This document shows, in pieces, positions 1 to 9,861 of a stretch of DNA of 64,000 nt; position 1 is the first letter of the stretch, and every line of letters starts with the position of its first letter. A model generated the notes under the pieces. It was not told the DNA's origin, made no database searches, and worked only from the letters and a program-made list of their open reading frames with translations. Source of the stretch: Acutalibacteraceae bacterium. GTDB taxonomy: Bacteria; Bacillota; Clostridia; Oscillospirales; Acutalibacteraceae. The DNA lies in assembly GCA_045641225.1 (NCBI GenBank), contig JAZUGP010000073.1, positions 1,142 to 65,141 on the forward strand, read 5' to 3'. Made by a program: the position numbers and the translations under genes.

Positions 1-362
1 AAAACCGCCTCGTTCCAAACCTCATTTCATGGGAAGACGGCGACCTCAAGGCTCAGGTTACACCCCAAAAAGATACTACACCCTATAAGTATACTATAGA
101 TGACAGCTTCTCTAAAACCGAGTATCACACCTACGGTTTTGAGTGGGATAACACATACTTAAAGTTCTATGTTGACGACGTTTGTTATACAACGATTGAA
201 ATCTCATCGCTTGAGCAATCAATTAGAGAAAACTTAAGTCAGAATTTCTATCTGATTCTTACACAGAATAATCATTCGGCTATTACTGAAACCGATCCGC
301 TTCCGCGTATGGCGGTTGACTATGTAAGGCTTTATCAGAAAGACGGCGAAACAATAACATAA
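1..362 (+). CDS. C-terminal fragment of a glycoside hydrolase family 16-like beta-glucanase (5' end outside window; first full codon at nt 3)
   Basis: My own translation in frame 3 gives ...TEYHTYGFEWDNTYLKFYVDDVCYTT...PRMAVDYVRLYQKDGETIT*. The HTYxxEW...FYVDx and VDYVRxYQ endings are typical of GH16 laminarinase/lichenase folds. The stop is TAA at 360-362. Confidence 0.7.
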   Translation, partial: NRLVPNLISWEDGDLKAQVTPQKDTTPYKYTIDDSFSKTEYHTYGFEWDNTYLKFYVDDVCYTTIEISSLEQSIRENLSQNFYLILTQNNHSAITETDPLPRMAVDYVRLYQKDGETIT

Positions 363-388
363 AATAAAGAATAAAGCAACAACACAAA

Positions 389-416
389 AGCGGTGCAGAA
401 GCTGTTTTGCACCGCT
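389..416 (+). terminator. Hairpin terminator after the GH16 fragment
   Basis: agcggtgca (389-397) pairs with tgcaccgct (408-416). The downstream T-tract is weak. Confidence 0.5.
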
Positions 417-756
417 TCTCATTTACTTTGATTGCTGAAAAGAAAGCGGAAATCCGCGGGTGTTTTAATACTGTTCGGGAGAGCCTCTATTTTTATGCTT
501 AATGGTTTATACACAGATTATCTTATTAGGTGGCTTTTGTTCAATAAATGTTTATAATAATAACAAACATAGAATGTAATACATTTGAAATAACAGTCCT
601 GTTGTTAAAAAGTGGGATGAGTATATGAAAGATGTAATGGTAATGGAGATTGACCCTATTACCGGTGCTCAACCATTGCTCAAAAAAGTCTTTGAGTTAC
701 AATGAATTATAAGGAAACAAGGCCGTTATTTTATACGGTTTTGTTGCTTTTACACT

Positions 757-794
757 AAAAAAGACCTTGTAGAAATTACTCCTACAAGGTCTTT
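757..794 (-). terminator. Rho-independent terminator of ppdK
   Basis: An 11-bp stem joins agaccttgtag (762-772) and ctacaaggtct (782-792). On the minus strand it is followed by TTTTTT. Confidence 0.8.
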
Positions 795-857
795 AATATT
801 AAGTTTTTCGGCTTGTTAACCGCTCAAAAGCAGAGAACCGAAACATTTTGAAAACAA

Positions 858-3497
858 TTACTTGCTTTCTTTAATCGCTGCCTGTGCTGCTGCGAGACGG
901 GCAATCGGAACGCGGAAGGGTGAGCATGAAACATAGCCAAGACCGATTTCATGGCAGAACTCAACGGATGTCGGATCGCCGCCGTGCTCACCGCAGATAC
1001 CGCAGTGGAGAGCAGGATTAACCGGCTTGCCGAGAGCAAGTGTCATCTTCATGAGCTTGCCAACGCCAACCTGATCAAGCTTCGCAAACGGATCGTTTTC
1101 AAAGATCTTGGTGTCGTAATAAGCACCGAGGAACTTGCCGGCATCGTCACGGCTGAAGGCGAAGGTCATCTGGGTAAGATCGTTGGTGCCGAAGCAGAAG
1201 AAATCAGCTTCCTTGGCGATCTCATCAGCGGTAAGAGCCGCTCTCGGGATTTCAATCATGGTACCAACCTCATAAGAAAGGTTGGAGCCTGCCGCTGCGA
1301 TTTCGGCATCGGCGGTTTCAACAACGATGTTCTTAACGAACTTGAACTCCTTAACCTCGCCAACGAGCGGGATCATGATTTCAGGCTTAACATTCCAATC
1401 GGGATGAGCCTTCTTAACATTTATGGCAGCGCGGATAACAGCCTTGGTCTGCATCTTTGCGATTTCGGGATAGGTTACGGTAAGACGGCAGCCACGGTGA
1501 CCCATCATCGGGTTGAACTCGTGGAGTGAAGAAATAAGAGCCTTAATATCTTCAACCGACTTGCCCTGAGCATCGGCAAGAGCCTTGATGTCAGCTTCCT
1601 CGGTGGGAACAAACTCGTGAAGCGGAGGATCGAGGAATCTGATGGTTACGGGTGTGCCTTCGAGAGCCTCATAGAGCTTTTCAAAGTCGCCCTGCTGATA
1701 GGGAAGAATCTTATCAAGAGCGGCTTCTCTTTCTTCAACGGTGTCTGCACAGATCATCTCGCGGAAAGCGGCAATTCTGTCAGCCTCGAAGAACATATGC
1801 TCTGTACGGCAAAGGCCGATGCCTTCGGCACCGAGCTCGCGAGCCTTCTTGGCATCTCTCGGAGTATCGGCATTAGTGCGAACCTTAAGGGTTCTGTACT
1901 TATCAGCCCAACCCATTACTCTGCCGAACTCACCTGCGATGGTGGCGTCAACAGTAGCAATAGCGCCCTTGTAGATGTTACCGGTAGTACCGTCGATTGA
2001 GATGTAGTCACCCTCAACGAAGGTTTCGCCGCCGAGCTCAAACTTCTTGTTTTCCTCGTCCATCTTAATGTCACCGCAGCCGGATACACAGCATGAGCCC
2101 ATACCGCGTGCAACAACGGCAGCGTGAGAGGTCATACCGCCGCGAACGGTGAGTATACCCTGAGCAGCCTTCATACCGGTGATATCCTCAGGAGAGGTTT
2201 CAAGACGAACAAGAACAACCTTCTTGCCGGCAGCCTTCCAGGCTTCGGCATCGTCAGCGGTGAATACCACCTGACCGCAGGCAGCACCGGGGGAAGCGCC
2301 GAGACCCTTGCCGATGGGAGTAGCGGCCTTCAAAGCCTTCGCATCGAACTGCGGGTGAAGAAGTGTATCAAGGTTACGGGGATCGATCATAAGAACAGCT
2401 TCCTGCTCGGTCTTCATGCCTTCGTCAACAAGGTCGCAGGCAATCTTAAGAGCGGCCTGAGCGGTTCTCTTGCCGTTACGGCACTGGAGCATATAAAGCT
2501 TGCCGTTTTCAACGGTGAACTCCATATCCTGCATATCGTGATAATGCTTCTCGAGGTTATCGCAAACGGTAAGGAACTGTGCGTAAGCCTCGGGGAACTT
2601 TTCAGCCATCTGAGCAATCGGCATAGGTGTACGAACACCTGCAACAACGTCTTCACCCTGAGCATTGGTGAGGAACTCGCCCATAAGCTTCTTTTCACCG
2701 GTAGCGGGGTCACGTGTGAAGGCAACACCGGTGCCGGAATTATCGTTAAGGTTACCGAATACCATAGGCATTACGTTAACGGCTGTACCCCAAGAATACG
2801 GGATATCGTTATCGCGGCGGTAAACGTTTGCACGGGGGTTGTCCCATGAACGGAATACGGCGCGGATAGCCTCGTAAAGCTGTTCCTTAGGATCGGAGGG
2901 GAAGTCCTTGCCGAGCTGTTTCTTGTATTCGGCTTTGAACTGACCTGCAAGCTCCTTAAGGTCGGCGGCGGTGAGCTCAACGTCGAACTTAACGCCTCTC
3001 TTTTCCTTCATCTCATCGATGAGAGCTTCAAAGTATTTCTTGCCGACTTCCATAACAACATCGGAGAACATCTGAATAAATCTTCTGTAAGAGTCGTAAA
3101 CAAAACGCTCGAACTTAGGATCGGGGTTACCGGCTATCATAGCGGCAACAACGTCATCGTTAAGACCGAGGTTAAGAATGGTATCCATCATACCGGGCAT
3201 AGATGCACGGGCACCTGAACGAACCGAAACAAGAAGCGGATTGTTGAGGTCACCGAACTTTTTGCCGTTGATTTTTTCCATCTCGGCAACGTTCTTCCAG
3301 ATTTCATCCATGATTTCATCATTGATGGTTCTGCCGTCCTCATAGTACTGCGTGCAGGCTTCGGTTGAAATGGTGAAACCCTGAGGAACGGGAAGACCGA
3401 GGCCGGTCATTTCCGCGAGGTTTGCACCCTTACCGCCGAGGAGCTCACGCATGCTTGCGTTGCCTTCGCTGAAAAGGTAAACATACTTGTGACTCAT
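858..3497 (-). CDS. ppdK: Pyruvate, phosphate dikinase
   Basis: The product is 879 aa from MSHKYVYLFSEGNASMRELLGGKGANLAEM. It has the phosphohistidine region GGMTSHAAVVARG and a C-terminal PEP-utiliser TIM barrel. GGAGG lies 9 nt upstream of the ATG at 3497, so the 15-aa N-terminal extension in the track ORF is unlikely. Confidence 0.97.
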   Translation of the reverse strand: MSHKYVYLFSEGNASMRELLGGKGANLAEMTGLGLPVPQGFTISTEACTQYYEDGRTINDEIMDEIWKNVAEMEKINGKKFGDLNNPLLVSVRSGARASMPGMMDTILNLGLNDDVVAAMIAGNPDPKFERFVYDSYRRFIQMFSDVVMEVGKKYFEALIDEMKEKRGVKFDVELTAADLKELAGQFKAEYKKQLGKDFPSDPKEQLYEAIRAVFRSWDNPRANVYRRDNDIPYSWGTAVNVMPMVFGNLNDNSGTGVAFTRDPATGEKKLMGEFLTNAQGEDVVAGVRTPMPIAQMAEKFPEAYAQFLTVCDNLEKHYHDMQDMEFTVENGKLYMLQCRNGKRTAQAALKIACDLVDEGMKTEQEAVLMIDPRNLDTLLHPQFDAKALKAATPIGKGLGASPGAACGQVVFTADDAEAWKAAGKKVVLVRLETSPEDITGMKAAQGILTVRGGMTSHAAVVARGMGSCCVSGCGDIKMDEENKKFELGGETFVEGDYISIDGTTGNIYKGAIATVDATIAGEFGRVMGWADKYRTLKVRTNADTPRDAKKARELGAEGIGLCRTEHMFFEADRIAAFREMICADTVEEREAALDKILPYQQGDFEKLYEALEGTPVTIRFLDPPLHEFVPTEEADIKALADAQGKSVEDIKALISSLHEFNPMMGHRGCRLTVTYPEIAKMQTKAVIRAAINVKKAHPDWNVKPEIMIPLVGEVKEFKFVKNIVVETADAEIAAAGSNLSYEVGTMIEIPRAALTADEIAKEADFFCFGTNDLTQMTFAFSRDDAGKFLGAYYDTKIFENDPFAKLDQVGVGKLMKMTLALGKPVNPALHCGICGEHGGDPTSVEFCHEIGLGYVSCSPFRVPIARLAAAQAAIKESK

Positions 3498-3588
3498 TGT
3501 TGAATCAACCTCCAAAAAAATTTTTACGGATACGAAATCCAAGATTAACGAAATGTACTTAAATATAAATAAATTAAGTATCCAAATT

Positions 3589-3597
3589 ATTATACCA
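3589..3597 (-). promoter_or_regulatory. Extended -10 element (TGgTATAAT) of the probable ppdK promoter
   Basis: The reverse complement of 3589-3597 reads TGGTATAAT in an AT-rich gap about 90 nt upstream of the ppdK ATG. There is no good -35. Confidence 0.4.
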
Positions 3598-3666
3598 AAT
3601 ACATATAAAAAAATAAAGACTTTTTTACAAAAAAAAGAAAATTAATGAAATTTCATTAAACCCGCA

Positions 3667-3694
3667 ATAAAAAAGGACGGTGAGTACCGTCCTG
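3667..3694 (-). terminator. Rho-independent terminator ending the nrdR...ECF-S gene string
   Basis: ggacggt (3675-3681) pairs with accgtcc (3686-3692). A T-run follows on the minus strand. Confidence 0.8.
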
Positions 3695-3716
3695 CATTGT
3701 GTAAATTAATTAAAGA

Positions 3717-4313
3717 TTATTGTGCAAAGTATCGCTTTGTTGCTTTTATTATTCTTAAAATCACAGGTGAAAGTATCACATTAACCGTAAGCTCAAAAAG
3801 AAAGTTTATTCCCACAAGTCCCGTTATTATATACGTTACGATTTCGGTGTTACCCGCCCATTCGTAGAGCACTTTACCGTAAAAGGAAAACATACAGATA
3901 ATGAAAACGGCGGTATTCACAACAGGTGCCGTAACAGCCGATACGATAACCGCGGCGGTTTCGCTCTTTTTCTTTAAAAGATTTGCCGCCGCACCGCTTG
4001 CAAGTGCGCACAGTACCGCCTTTGAAAGACATAGAATAATAAGATAAAAAGGCGAGGCGTTGAAAAGAATATTGCCGCCCATATCAACACCGATAACAGC
4101 GCCTATATAGGTAACAATTCCGAATGTGGCACCTAAAATCGCGCTGTATTTCGGCCCGTAGAGAACCGAAACGAGCACAATGGGGATCAGTGTAAGGGTG
4201 ATGCTGAAGGGCCCCACCTTTACATAGTAACTGATAAACTGCAGCACCGCCGTAACCGCGGTGAAAAGACCTATTACCGCCGCAAGGCGTGAATTCTGTT
4301 TTGCTTTTGACAT
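3717..4313 (-). CDS. ECF-transporter S (substrate-capture) component, putative pantothenate-specific (PanT) by context
   Basis: The 198-aa protein has about 6 TM segments, the size and hydrophobic pattern of an ECF S component. A GGAGGT RBS is present. It lies directly downstream of coaX. Confidence 0.65.
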   Translation of the reverse strand: MSKAKQNSRLAAVIGLFTAVTAVLQFISYYVKVGPFSITLTLIPIVLVSVLYGPKYSAILGATFGIVTYIGAVIGVDMGGNILFNASPFYLIILCLSKAVLCALASGAAANLLKKKSETAAVIVSAVTAPVVNTAVFIICMFSFYGKVLYEWAGNTEIVTYIITGLVGINFLFELTVNVILSPVILRIIKATKRYFAQ

Positions 4314-4376
4314 TTTTAAATTACCTCCGATACTGTCCGAAACCGGTACAGTTCATAATATAATATAAATTACGGT

Positions 4377-5141
4377 TTATTTGTTGCGCTCATATATTTC
4401 CTTAAGACCGTCAAGAAGCAGGTTTTCATTATACATTATATCGCTTTTGCAGTTGACTATAACCTCTCTTGACAACCCGCCGGTTGCAACCACTGTCGGA
4501 AACTCGCCGAGCTCATCGGCAATACGGTCTATCATACCGTCAATCATAGCGGCAGTGCCGAAAATAAGTCCCGAGCGCATACAGTCCACCGTGTTGGTGC
4601 CTATAACACTGTCCGGTGCCGAAATGCTGATATTTGGCAGCTGTGCGGTGTTTTCGCAAAGTGCTTTAAGGGTGAGTGTAATTCCTGCGGCTATTGCTCC
4701 GCCTATAAACTGGCCGTATCGGTTTATCACAAATATTGTGGATGCGGTACCCATATCTATTATAACACAGGGCAGGGTGTATTCGTTCATTGCACCCACC
4801 GCACCGGCAACAAGGTCTGCACCGAGCTGAGCCGGATTATCTATCTTTATGTCAAGTCCGGTTTTAACGCCGGGGCCTAAGGTGAGCGGCACTATATCGC
4901 AAAGAAGTGATATGGCGCGGCTTATACTGTCCTTCACAGAGGGCACAACCGAGGCGATTATACAGTCCTCGATACCGCTGTAGGAAAGTCCGTGTATCTC
5001 CATAATGCTCTTTATCTCGGCGGCATACTGGTCGGAGGATTTATCCTTATCGGTGCAAAGGCGCGCCGTAAATGAAAGAACATCTCCGTTATAAACACCG
5101 AGTGTAATATTGGTGTTGCCGATATCTACCGCAAGAAGCAT
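4377..5141 (-). CDS. coaX: Type III pantothenate kinase
   Basis: MLLAVDIGNTNITLGVY at the N-terminus is the ASKHA phosphate-1 motif. The product is 254 aa, the usual CoaX length. A GGGAGG RBS is present. Confidence 0.95.
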   Translation of the reverse strand: MLLAVDIGNTNITLGVYNGDVLSFTARLCTDKDKSSDQYAAEIKSIMEIHGLSYSGIEDCIIASVVPSVKDSISRAISLLCDIVPLTLGPGVKTGLDIKIDNPAQLGADLVAGAVGAMNEYTLPCVIIDMGTASTIFVINRYGQFIGGAIAAGITLTLKALCENTAQLPNISISAPDSVIGTNTVDCMRSGLIFGTAAMIDGMIDRIADELGEFPTVVATGGLSREVIVNCKSDIMYNENLLLDGLKEIYERNK

Positions 5142-5161
5142 AGAAAAAACCTCCCATTATA

Positions 5162-5908
5162 TCAGATATATTTTAATTTTTTGCTGTTAAACGGGATAAC
5201 ATTGACAGAAAACTGTTTTTTGAGCTGTTCGCAAAGCGGACCGACTATAACATTTTCACTTGCATAATGGCCGAGGTCAAACACACTGATGCCGTTGTTT
5301 ACGGCGCTTACAAAAACATTGTGCTTAACATCGGCGGTAACAAGCGCGTCAAACCCGCCGCTTATTGCATCGGATAAGAACTCTCCGCCTGAGCCTGAGC
5401 ATACCAGCACATTTTGTATCGGCTTTTCGGCATCGGCATAGCGAACACCGAAATCAACCGCCGCCTTCATCCTTTCGGCAAGCATTTTCGCATCGCAGAT
5501 ATCTGTTTTTGCGCTGCGGAGTAAAAAGCCCGACTCCGTTTTGTATTTTTTAATGCTTTTAAATCCAAGCACTTTGCAAAGCGTTTCGGTAACACCGCCG
5601 TTTGCAATATCGAGATTTGTATGGCAGCTTATAACCGAAACACCGTTTTTTACGGCTTTATGATAAACCGTATCGGCGGTAATGCTTTTTATCGGGTCGA
5701 ATATAACGGGGTGGTGTGTAACTATAAGCTCACAACCGTTATCAACCGCAAAATCCACCGTGTCGGTATCGCAGTCAAGCGCCACGGTTATTTTGGAAAC
5801 ATTTGCGTTTTTATCGCCGATAAGCAGTCCCACATTATCAAAATCGCAGGCGGTTTCAAACGGGAACTTTTTGTTTAAAAAATCCAGAATATTTTTAATT
5901 TCAGCCAT
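5162..5908 (-). CDS. Nif3-like dinuclear metal centre protein (YqfO/YbgI family)
   Basis: It shows DFDNVGLLIGD, VTHHP and CHTNLD motifs. The ATG at 5906-5908 overlaps the glnS TGA by 1 nt (TGATG). Confidence 0.9.
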   Translation of the reverse strand: MAEIKNILDFLNKKFPFETACDFDNVGLLIGDKNANVSKITVALDCDTDTVDFAVDNGCELIVTHHPVIFDPIKSITADTVYHKAVKNGVSVISCHTNLDIANGGVTETLCKVLGFKSIKKYKTESGFLLRSAKTDICDAKMLAERMKAAVDFGVRYADAEKPIQNVLVCSGSGGEFLSDAISGGFDALVTADVKHNVFVSAVNNGISVFDLGHYASENVIVGPLCEQLKKQFSVNVIPFNSKKLKYI

Positions 5909-7593
5909 CACTTTTTACCGAAGGAATCCTTAAGTGCCACCGTGCGGTTAAACACGATGTTTTCGGCGGTGGAATCCTTATCCGCGCAGAAATATCCCTG
6001 CCTCATAAACTGGAAGGTATCTCCTGATTTTACATTTTTCATCGATTTATCGGTTTTACAGCCGCAAAGCACGGTGAGTGAGTCGGGATTAAGGTTATCG
6101 GCAAAGGAGGAAACACCCTCCTCATCACTCGGATTTTCAACATTGAAAAGGCGGTCGTAAAGTCTTACCGTAACATCAATACAGTCCTTTGCGTTTACCC
6201 AATGGAGTGTGCCTTTTACCTTTCTGCCGTCCGATGTTTCACCGCCGCGGCTTTCGGGGTCGTAAGTGCAGTGAACAACGGTGATGTTGCCGTTTTCGTC
6301 CTCCTCGTGAGATGCGTATTTTATATAATACGCACCTTTAAGCCGCACCTCTTTTTCGGGGCAAAGCCTGAAATACTTTCCGGGCGGGTTAAGGCAGAAA
6401 TCGTCCTGCTCGATATATATTTCCTTTGAAAACGAAACGTTTGTTTTGCCGGCTTCCGGCTTATTCGGATTTATTTCAACCGCTATCTCCTCGGTTTTGT
6501 CATCGGGATAATTGTCAATAACAACCTTAAGCGGTCTTAACACCGTCATGGCACGGGCGGCATTTTCGTTGAGATAATCGCGAACACAGGCTTCAAGCAG
6601 TGCGTAGTCGATAACACTGTATGCCTTTGAAACACCTATTTTGTCAACAAAGCTTCTTACCGCTTCGGCAGGGTAGCCGCGTCTTCTCATACCGCAGATG
6701 GTAGCCATACGCGGATCGTCCCAACCGCTCACAAGACCGTCGTTCACAAGCTTTAAGCACTTTCTTTTGCTTGTTAAGGTATAGTTCACGTTCATTCGCG
6801 CAAACTCTATCTGTCTCGGCGGATTTTTGATATCGCAGGCATCAAGCACCCAGTTGTATAAGGGGCGGTGGTTTTCAAACTCGAGCGAGCAAAGTGAATG
6901 GGTAACACCCTCCTTTGCGTCCGAAAGCGGATGTGCAAAGTCATACATCGGGTAAACACACCATTTATCTCCCGTGCGGTGGTGCGATGCTTTAAGAATA
7001 CGGTAGATAATGGGGTCGCGCATATTAAGGTTTGAGGACGACATATCTATCTTTGCCCTGAGCACCATTTTGCCTTCGTCAAACTCACCCCCCGTCATTC
7101 TTTTAAACAAATCCTTTGTTTCGGATACGGGGCGGTTGCGGTAGGGTGAATCGGTTCCCGCTTCGGTGAGTGTTCCGCGCATGCTTTTAATTTCCTCTGC
7201 GCTTGACTCATCAACATAGGCAAGCCCTTTGTCAATAAGATAAAGGGCACATTCATAGATAAAATCAAAATAATCGGAGGCATAATAAACGTTGTCCCAG
7301 TCAAAGCCGAGCCATTTTATATCCTCTTTTATCGCGTCAACATACTCAACGTCTTCTTTTGTGGGGTTGGTATCGTCAAGCCTTAAGTTGCACTTTCCGC
7401 CGTATTTCCGTGCGGTGCCGAAGTCTATGCAGATAGCCTTTGCGTGACCTATGTGCAGATAGCCGTTCGGCTCGGGCGGGAAACGGGTTTGAATCTTGCT
7501 GTAAACGCCGTTTTCAAGATCTTCGTCAATAAAATCGTGGATAAAATTGGAGGGCTTTACTTCCTCGTTTTCCAAAACCGTGTTTTCTTCCAT
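5908..7593 (-). CDS. glnS: Glutamine--tRNA ligase
   Basis: It has a class I HIGH motif (PEPNGYLHIGHAKA) and a KMSKS-like motif (LTSKRK). The product is 561 aa. Confidence 0.96.
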   Translation of the reverse strand: MEENTVLENEEVKPSNFIHDFIDEDLENGVYSKIQTRFPPEPNGYLHIGHAKAICIDFGTARKYGGKCNLRLDDTNPTKEDVEYVDAIKEDIKWLGFDWDNVYYASDYFDFIYECALYLIDKGLAYVDESSAEEIKSMRGTLTEAGTDSPYRNRPVSETKDLFKRMTGGEFDEGKMVLRAKIDMSSSNLNMRDPIIYRILKASHHRTGDKWCVYPMYDFAHPLSDAKEGVTHSLCSLEFENHRPLYNWVLDACDIKNPPRQIEFARMNVNYTLTSKRKCLKLVNDGLVSGWDDPRMATICGMRRRGYPAEAVRSFVDKIGVSKAYSVIDYALLEACVRDYLNENAARAMTVLRPLKVVIDNYPDDKTEEIAVEINPNKPEAGKTNVSFSKEIYIEQDDFCLNPPGKYFRLCPEKEVRLKGAYYIKYASHEEDENGNITVVHCTYDPESRGGETSDGRKVKGTLHWVNAKDCIDVTVRLYDRLFNVENPSDEEGVSSFADNLNPDSLTVLCGCKTDKSMKNVKSGDTFQFMRQGYFCADKDSTAENIVFNRTVALKDSFGKK

Positions 7594-7594
7594 A

Positions 7595-9250
7595 TCAGAG
7601 AACCTCTATCATACTGTCAATTCTTTTAAACACACGTTCCCTGCCTATAACCTGCATAATACTGCAAAGGTCGGGCGTGTTTCTTTTTCCCGTAACGGCA
7701 ATACGCAAAACCGTGCTTAAATCTCCCGCGCTGCCCTTATAGTTTTCGGGGTTTGCCTTGTACTCCTTTGTATCGGCGGCAAAGCCTAACATCGGGCAAA
7801 TGTTTTTGATTTTTTCAAACCACATTTCTCTGCCGTTTGCCTCATCGTAAACCGTTTTATAAAGCTTTAAAAAAGCCTTTGCATCGGCGCGTTTTATGTT
7901 TTCGGGAAGCTCATAGCAGGGGGAGTGGAGAGCCTCAAAATAATACGAGAAATAATCTTTTGCCTCACTCCATTTTGCAAGGTCCTTACGCGGCTTTGCG
8001 GCATTGTCACGGTCAACTGCGAGCACCCTTAAGGTGTAATCCTTATCTGCTGTAAGCACATCGTAAAACTGCGGGTCAAACTCCTTTGCCCAAGCGGTAA
8101 GCTTTTCGTAAACCTTATCGCTTTTAAGGGCAGAGAGTTTTATTTTGCTTACATCGTTAAGCTTATCGCGGTCAAAGAGTGCACCCGAAACACTCATTTT
8201 TTTAAGGTTGAACTTAAAGTTTTTGTAATCGGCATTGGGATTTGCTCTGCGCCAGTCCTCAAAGTCGGAGGCTGCAATGGTCATAAGATATTCGATAACG
8301 CTTTCCGAATCGTAGCCCTCCTCGGCAAAGTAGTGTACTGCCGCCTCGGGGTCTTTTCGTTTTGAAATCTTGCGTTTTGCACCGTTTTCAAGCTTCATAA
8401 TAGGGGATATGTGGCCGTATTTCGGTACTTTAAAGCCAAGCACCTTAAAAAGCTCTATATGCTTAGGCACCGAGGATATCCACTCATCACCGCGAAGCAC
8501 GTGGGTTGTGTGCATAAGGTGGTCGTCAATCGCGTGTGCAAAATGGTAGGTGGGTATGCCGTCCGATTTCAGCAGCACAAAATCCTCATCGTTTTCGGGC
8601 ATTTCGATTTTACCCTTAATAACGTCATCAAAACAGATGCGCCTGCTTTCGTCACCGCCTGAGCGCAAACGTATAACATAAGGCTTTCCGCTGTCAACAA
8701 GTGCTTTTGCCTCGTTATAGGTGATATTGCGGTGCTTTGCATACTCGCCGTGATAACCGGTGCGCACCTTATTTTGCTCCTGCACCTTGCGTACCTCGTC
8801 AAGCTCCTCCGCGGTGCAGAAGCAGGGATAGGCAATTCCGCGTTTTATAAGGTCCTTAACATAGGTTCTGTATATTTCGGCACGGTCGCTTTGCTTATAC
8901 GGACCGTATTCGCCGTACTCCTTATCGCCGCTTATAAATCCCTCGTCTATTTTTATTCCAAAACGGTCAAGTCCCTCAATAATATCCTTTACTCCGCCCT
9001 CAACCTCACGCTTTTTGTCGGTATCTTCGATTCTCGTAAAAAAGATACCGCAGGAGGTGGTTGCCGTAATACGGTTTACAAGCGAGGTAAAAAGGGTGCC
9101 GAGGTGCAGATACCCCGTGGGGCTCGGTGCCACACGGGTTACTCTTGCGCCCTCGGATAATTTTCTTTCCGGATATTTTGCTTCGAAATATTCGGGCGTT
9201 TTTTTAATGTCGGGCAGTAAAAGCTCTGCCATCAGCTCATTTTCTGTCAT
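7595..9250 (-). CDS. gltX: Glutamate--tRNA ligase
   Basis: It has APSPTGYLHLGTLF (HIGH) and KISKRK (KMSKS) motifs. The product is 551 aa. Confidence 0.96.
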   Translation of the reverse strand: MTENELMAELLLPDIKKTPEYFEAKYPERKLSEGARVTRVAPSPTGYLHLGTLFTSLVNRITATTSCGIFFTRIEDTDKKREVEGGVKDIIEGLDRFGIKIDEGFISGDKEYGEYGPYKQSDRAEIYRTYVKDLIKRGIAYPCFCTAEELDEVRKVQEQNKVRTGYHGEYAKHRNITYNEAKALVDSGKPYVIRLRSGGDESRRICFDDVIKGKIEMPENDEDFVLLKSDGIPTYHFAHAIDDHLMHTTHVLRGDEWISSVPKHIELFKVLGFKVPKYGHISPIMKLENGAKRKISKRKDPEAAVHYFAEEGYDSESVIEYLMTIAASDFEDWRRANPNADYKNFKFNLKKMSVSGALFDRDKLNDVSKIKLSALKSDKVYEKLTAWAKEFDPQFYDVLTADKDYTLRVLAVDRDNAAKPRKDLAKWSEAKDYFSYYFEALHSPCYELPENIKRADAKAFLKLYKTVYDEANGREMWFEKIKNICPMLGFAADTKEYKANPENYKGSAGDLSTVLRIAVTGKRNTPDLCSIMQVIGRERVFKRIDSMIEVL

Positions 9251-9264
9251 AAATACTCTCCGGA

Positions 9265-9717
9265 TTATTTTTTAAGCAATGAGTTAAGCTCCTCAAGGAA
9301 GGAATGAATATCCTTGAAATCGCGGTAAACAGAGGCGAATCTTATGTATGCCACCTCGTCTATACCGCGCAGCTTTTCCATAACGAGCTGACCTATCTTG
9401 TCACTCGATACCTCGCGGTCGAGTGAGTTTTGTATCTCAAGCTCGATATCGTCTATCGCCATCTCAACCGTTTCGAGCGAAACGGGACGCTTTTCGCAGG
9501 CACGCATAATGCCGTTAAAGAGCTTGTTACGGTCAAACGGCTGACGGGATTTATCCTTCTTGATAACCATAATCGGAAGGCTTTCTATCATCTCGTAGGT
9601 CGTGAAGCGCTTTTCACATTTTAAGCATTCACGGCGTCTTCTGATGCGTTCACCCTCATCGGTAGGGCGGGAGTCGATAACCTTGCTTTCTTCATAACCG
9701 CAATAAGGACATTTCAT
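9265..9717 (-). CDS. nrdR: Transcriptional repressor NrdR
   Basis: It has the MKCPYCG...C..C zinc ribbon plus an ATP-cone. The ATG at 9717 is preceded by AGGTGG, and the track ORF begins 4 codons earlier at a GTG. Confidence 0.94.
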   Translation of the reverse strand: MKCPYCGYEESKVIDSRPTDEGERIRRRRECLKCEKRFTTYEMIESLPIMVIKKDKSRQPFDRNKLFNGIMRACEKRPVSLETVEMAIDDIELEIQNSLDREVSSDKIGQLVMEKLRGIDEVAYIRFASVYRDFKDIHSFLEELNSLLKK

Positions 9718-9750
9718 TCTGCTTACCACCTATCAATATAATTATCCGTT

Positions 9751-9779
9751 ATTATATCATAAAAATCGCCGAATTACAA
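9751..9779 (-). promoter_or_regulatory. Sigma-A type promoter of the nrdR-led gene string
   Basis: The minus strand reads TTGTAA (9774-9779), a 17-nt spacer, then TATAAT (9751-9756). Confidence 0.65.
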
Positions 9780-9806
9780 GAAAAATAGTGTTTTTATAAA
9801 TAATTC

Positions 9807-9836
9807 TTGTTATCTTGATACTAAATGTGGTATAAT
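9807..9836 (+). promoter_or_regulatory. Promoter of the M16-M16-lgt-folD string
   Basis: It reads TTGTTA, an 18-nt spacer, then TGgTATAAT (extended -10, 9828-9836). Confidence 0.55.
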
Positions 9837-9861
9837 TCTAAAATGTAAAAATGTATTCGGA

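Noticed and set aside
951-2849. Several long plus-strand ORFs (951..1529, 1617..2000, 2124..2849) and other frames inside the ppdK region
   Set aside because: They are antisense or out-of-frame shadows of a confidently identified 879-aa PPDK. They have no RBS and low-complexity or atypical composition.
3498-3542. A 15-codon N-terminal extension of ppdK (MDFVSVKIFLEVDST) in the ORF track
   Set aside because: GGAGG lies inside the extension, 9 nt before the ATG at 3497. PPDK homologs start at about MSxKYVY.
7595-9264. T-box leaders for gltX or glnS
   Set aside because: Only 14 nt and 1 nt are available upstream of these genes, so there is no space for a ~200-nt T-box.
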